Below, piece after piece: positions 59,001-64,000 of a DNA stretch of 64,000 nucleotides. This stretch comes from Felis catus (Eukaryota). How positions within the stretch are numbered: the stretch's first letter is position 1; each line of letters begins with the position of its first letter. The translations under genes and the position numbers were made by a program. The DNA lies in contig NC_058369.1 of assembly GCF_018350175.1 (NCBI RefSeq), positions 13,890,001-13,954,000 on the forward strand. Reading direction: 5' to 3'. The notes beneath the pieces were generated by a model. That model was not told the origin of the DNA and made no database searches. It worked only from the letters and a program-made list of their open reading frames with translations.

Positions 59001-60547
59001 TATTGCAGCCCTCGATATGCTGGGGTTGTGCAGGCGCAGAAGGGCTGGGTGGAGCCCCGGTTCCATGAGATACGAGCGTCAAGCCTGGCAACAGGTAACA
59101 ACACCCCGGGCAGCGATGGTATCCTCCCCAGTTTCTAGAGGGGGAGACTGAGGCTTGGAGAATGTCACAGAGCATTAGAAACAGGTGAGTTGGGGTTCGA
59201 TCCGAGTTGGACTGACCCAGTGTCCTGTATGTTTTCTTTCTTTTCACGCTGCTCTGGGAGTTTGCCAGCCGGTCAGGGTGGAGCAGAGCCTTCCGGGCTC
59301 CTAGAACCCTGTGCTCTAGGAGCATAGACTTTCATGGGCAGAGCAGCGGCGAGGGAGGTGGGGCAGGTGGTGGAGAGCCCTGGGCCAGACCCTGCATGTG
59401 GGCCATGGGGAGCCATGGAAGGTTCCAGCAGGATGACAACATAAGTGACACGAAGATGCAGGGAGTGGCAGGAGCCAGACTCGCTAGAGCCCACGTGGGT
59501 ATGGCCAGTGGGTTGTTGCAGTAACCCACGAGAAAGAGCTGCTGCTTTTCCTGTTGCAGATACGAGAAACTGGTGGGAGAGGTGATGTGGCTCACTGTGT
59601 GCGGAGGGGCCAGGTTTGAACCCATGCCTGATTCTGGGGCTCGTGTTTTTCTTAACGTAGGCATAGAGGGACCCTTTTGTATGCTGGACTTTAGTTCATG
59701 TCCATCTGTTGAGGATCATGAAGGTTGTCCCTGGGTTTTTGCAAACCAGACGTTCATCACATTTGTCCCCATGCATGCACGCACCAGGTGTGGCCTCACC
59801 TGTGTGGCCTCACCTGTGTGTCCCTGTGCTCCATAGCAGGGAGGGGGTATGCAGCAGCTTAGGGTGGGCCATGGTGAGGACAAAGGGAGGGCTGATTTGG
59901 GACATGTAGGGGGTAATAGTGACAGAGTTAATCAGGAGGTCAGAGGAAGGAGGGCAAGGTGGGGCTCACTGTGATGGGGGAACCACAGAGAACCAGGAGT
60001 GGGGGTGGGAGAGTCCTATTTTGCTTTGGAGCTCATGGGATGGAGTGGCCCCCTGTTTCTGGCTGGGGTGTCTCTGACCCCCTCTCCTTCCTCCTGCTAC
60101 CACATCCAGCCCAATGCCAGAGGTGGGTGCCCAGCCCCAGCTGGGCGTAGCCATGGTGCTGCCGGTCAGATGGGGGTCCAGGTGCACAAACAAGGAAGCC
60201 ACTGCCTGCCTCATGGGCCAAGGACATAGAGAGAGTCAATATTTATTATTTGCCAAATGGAAACAAAGTACAGAAAATGTAGGGGGATTCTGTAGCACCT
60301 GGTGCCAAGCCCAGGGCCATGGCTGCTAGGCTTCTCCTTGCTTCCTTCTGGGTGAGCTTAGATAGGGTGAGTTTCCTCTGTGCTCCACTTCCTCTCTGTG
60401 AAGCAGAGGTCACGGTGGTCTCTGGTCGCTCTGTGGTCGGATTTAGGTTAATGCACGTAAGGCATCCAGAATCGGGCCAGTACGTAGATCCTCACCGCGT
60501 GGTCACTGCTGCTGAGCTCCTGGAGGTGTGTGCACAGTGAACGCATG

Positions 60548-60838
60548 GCGGCACTCAGTGGGCACTTTTCAGGTGGCGGGTGTTCAGCAGGCACACTGTG
60601 TGTACTTAGCAGGTGCTCAGCAGGTACCTGGCAGCAGGCACATAGTGGACTCTTGGTGGGCACACCACAGACACTCAGCAGGCATTTAGCATGCACACAA
60701 TAAGTACTTAAGCATTCAGCAGGCACACGGTATGTGTTCAGCAAGCATTCAGCAGGAATTCAGCAGGCACACAGGATATGCTCAGCAGATACTCAGCAGG
60801 CACGTAGTGGGCATTCAGCAGGTGCTAAGCAGACACTG
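60548..60838 (+). repeat. Degenerate ~11-bp tandem repeat (CA[C/T]TCAGCAGG / GCACACAGTAG-like units)
   Basis: About ten recurrences of TCAGCA(G) within 290 bp. Confidence 0.75.
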
Positions 60839-63129
60839 GACTGTGACTTCCTTGAGGGCAGGCCTGTCTCCAGTTCATTCTGGAATTGCCTAGGTGCAAG
60901 CGTCCTTTAAAAGGGCCAACTTCCCACCACACAGTCAGGCTTACCCCCCTTAAATGCCAAGAATGTGTTGTGTATTCCTGTTATCAATCTGGAACACGTA
61001 ACATGGTGCCGAGGGGCCAAGGACCCAGGTGGGAACATGGTGGTCTTTCTGGAGCTTCAGTCTGCCTGAACAACTTCAGGGAGAAGGTTTGAGTATTGAC
61101 CATGCGTGGTGTATTATGGGATGGACTGCAGATGCATGTGGGCTTGGGGCCAGTGGGCCTGGGGCAGCATGATGCCCTGGGAAACAGCATTAAGAAGTGT
61201 CAAGGTTGCCCAGTGAGGTCTCCCTGCAGTGGCCACAGTTTGGACTGGAAGGTCCATTGCTGCAGTCAGTATGTATTGAGCACCTACCTGGTGTTGTGTT
61301 GTGGGGATGCCTTGCTGAACAAGTCACTGGAAACAGTGGCCAGCTGGTCCCCAGCCCTCAGGTCATGGCTCTAAGAGAGTGAAATGGGGTGGGCACTCTT
61401 TGGGGGAGGCGATGTTTGAACTGAGCCCGGGGGATGAGGACGAGCCATGGGAATGGAGACCCTGAAGCTTGTCATAGAGGGGAATCCTGACCTGATCGAG
61501 CTCAGGGAATGCTACCTTGTGGGCCCTGGTCAGGGTCTGGTAGTGGGGTGCTCTAGGAAGGTTTTAAGCAGGGCTGTGATGTGAGATGTAGGTTTAGCAA
61601 AGATTCCTCTGACTGCCATATGAGGGGTTGCAGGGACATGAGAGGAGACTGGGGCAGGAGTCTCCTCCCTCCACGCACGCCCCCCAGAGGTCATGGGTGC
61701 TAGATTCATTACAAACCAGGACTTGCTGACTTGGCACATGTTCTTTCATCTAAGAATCAGGAATCTGATTCCCCAGGCAGATGATGAGGTGGGGGGGGGG
61801 GGGTATAGTAAATAGCCTTGACTTTGTGCTCTGGGGGCCCCTGTACTGAGGAAAGGCATTTTTGCAAGAGACCCGGAGTCCTAATTTCATACGTAAATTC
61901 CTCTTTTTCTGTGGTCCCAGCTTGACACCCCACTGGTCATGGGGGCTTCAACCCAAAGCTGGGGTGTGGCATTCTGTCCAGAGAGGTGAGTCTCTGCCTG
62001 GAAGGACAGACTTCCTGAGTCAGCTAGTGGACCAGCACTCATTCCCAGATACAGCCTAAATGCTCCATGGTCTCTCCCTCATTGCCTAGGGCTCCCTGTC
62101 CAGGGGTGGAGTCCCTTGAGAACTTTTGCAGCCTGCCTTCCCTGCTGCTGGGCTTGCAGGGAAGCTCTCCACCACACCTTTTCTCCCTTAAAAAAAAAAA
62201 AAAATCATTTATGTCTCAAAACTGATGAAAATTGAAAACAGAAAACCTAAAGCACTTCCTATTTCTTCCGTGCATCTGACACGGCTCACCTGGGCGCAGG
62301 AGGGGTGGGGGGAGCGGGGGGGGGGGGTGACTGCCAGCTGGTCATTTGCCTGGAAATCTCTGGGAGGAAGTGTCGGCCCAGCCAGGCAGAGTGCCTGGGG
62401 CTAGCTCTGCAGGGCCAGCCAGTCCTCGGACCCGAGGGCTGGGGACATGGGGCAGCAGAGCATGTCTCGCAAAGGGGTCACTGTGTCCACGCCCAGCCTG
62501 GCTAAAAAGCTTTTCTCAGTAAGTTCAGTGTTTCTCAAGTAACTGAACCTGCTGCCCTCTTCTATGGGTCCTTTTGCACCTGTGAGCATCGTGCTTTCTC
62601 CATTCCTTCTGTCCTCCCAGGCAGGCGGGGTTTGATAGCTGTAATTAGGACGGGAGCGGCTCATTAAATCATCACGGAATCAATGCACAGCCCCGGGAGT
62701 GATTTGTAGGCCCGGCAGCCTCAGTCTTTGCCTGCAGGTGGCAAGGAGATGCTAATTCCCTCACCGCTGGCTCAGCACTTGCAGAGGGAGGAGCCCTGAG
62801 GGTCCATAACAGGGCCCTGCTGGGGACCACTTGTGTCCCCCGCTGTCACCCCAGCGACTAGCCAAGTGGCTCTCTCTGGCTCAAGCCCTGCCTCTGCTGG
62901 CTTCCCTCAAATGACTCCACTTCTCGGCGTCTCAGTTTCCCATCTGTAGAGTTGTACAGATTAGGACATAGCTCTGTGCCTGACTGGCATCAGGGTGCCC
63001 CGTGGGACAGCTGTGAGGGCAGGGTCTCACCCTTTGCACCCGTGGGCCATGGTTTGGCATGTGACAGATGCCACCACATGGCTGTTCAGATTTGTTTGGG
63101 GGGGGGGGCTGTGGGCTTATTCATTTCTC

Positions 63130-63520
63130 TTCACTTTTTCTTTTGAGATAGTTTTGGATTCAGCGAGAAGCACAGACCATTTCGTTACCTCCTCATCACC
63201 TTGAACATGTCACGTGTCAGTGAGGGTGTCAGCACGGTTCTATTAACTAGACTCTGGACTGCCTTTGGATTTCCCCAGATGTCCACCAGTGTGACCTTTT
63301 TCTGGCCCAGGATCCCGTCCAGGCTCCCATGTCGCATTTGGTCGTCGTGTGTCCTTGGTCTCTGATCCAGGGCCACTGCTTAGGGTTTCTGTGTCATCTG
63401 TGACCTTCAACCCCTTGATAAGAACTGCTCTATCTTTTTGTTGCTCAGGGTGGTTTTCTGGTATTTTCTTGCAGTTGAGCTGAGGTGGTGGGTTTTGGGC
63501 AGGAATCCCATAGTGCCAAT
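63130..63520 (-). mobile_element. Old L1 (L1MC-like) 3' fragment
   Basis: cccaggatcccgtccaggctcccatgtcgcatttggtcgtcgtgtgtccttggtctc resembles an L1MC 3' UTR. Confidence 0.55.
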
Positions 63521-63589
63521 TGTCTTTTTATAGTTTTCCTTTTTTTAAATTGTGCTAAAACATACATAAAATTTATCATCTTAAAAATT

Positions 63590-63951
63590 GTTATTTTATT
63601 TTAATTAAAAAAATTAATGTTTATATTAGAGAGGGGGACAGACAGAGCACGCGCGGGGGAGGGGCAAAGAGAAGAGACAGAATCTGAAGCCCGCTCCGGG
63701 CTCCAAGCTGTGAACTGTCAGCAGTGTCTCAAACTCATGAGCAGTGAGATCATGATCTGAGCTGAGCCACCCAGGGGCCCCTTACTTTAATTTTTTAAGT
63801 CAATTTATTTATTTTGAGACAGAGAATCCCAAGCAGGCTCCACACTGTCAGTGCAGAGCCGGGTGTGGGGCTTGAATTCACGAACTGTGAGATCATGACC
63901 TGAGCCAAAATCAATAGTTGGACGCTTAACCGGCCGAGCCACCCAGGGGCC
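63590..63951 (-). mobile_element. Two antisense Can-SINEs (~63590-63781, 63786-63951)
   Basis: Two tgagccacccaggggcc heads with T-rich tails. Confidence 0.85.
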
Positions 63952-64000
63952 TACTGATCTTAATTATTCTTAAATGTGTGGTTCAGGGGCATAAAACACG

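Overview
This is GC-rich mammalian genomic DNA. Dense feline-type Can-SINEs point to a felid or feliform carnivore. Three + strand genes appear in the order seen at human 19p13.11. (1) The last three coding exons and polyA signal of TMEM59L lie at 1-1122. (2) The complete KLHL26 gene (BTB-BACK-Kelch) has three coding exons, 13742-13818, 36527-36709 and 38880-40461, giving 613 aa; it has a CpG-island promoter, a 22.7-kb intron 1 and several candidate polyA signals. (3) The promoter, coding exon 1 (50723-50848) and first 13 kb of intron 1 of CRTC1 fill the rest. The remainder is interspersed repeats (Can-SINEs, tRNA-Lys-derived short SINEs, old L1 3' ends, MLT1 LTRs, MER DNA transposons) and microsatellites. 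I found no prokaryote-style system and no clearly new gene; almost all short ORFs in the track are noise. The best leads are two candidate extra exons in KLHL26 intron 1, a ~35-bp degenerate tandem array of inverted CAGGTG/TACCTG sites just after CRTC1 exon 1, a paired-CArG/MEF2 module in KLHL26 intron 2, an RFX X-box cluster 3' of TMEM59L, and two loci where SINEs re-used the same target site. Gene identities come from recognising the protein sequences. Repeat subfamily calls and boundaries are approximate and made by eye.
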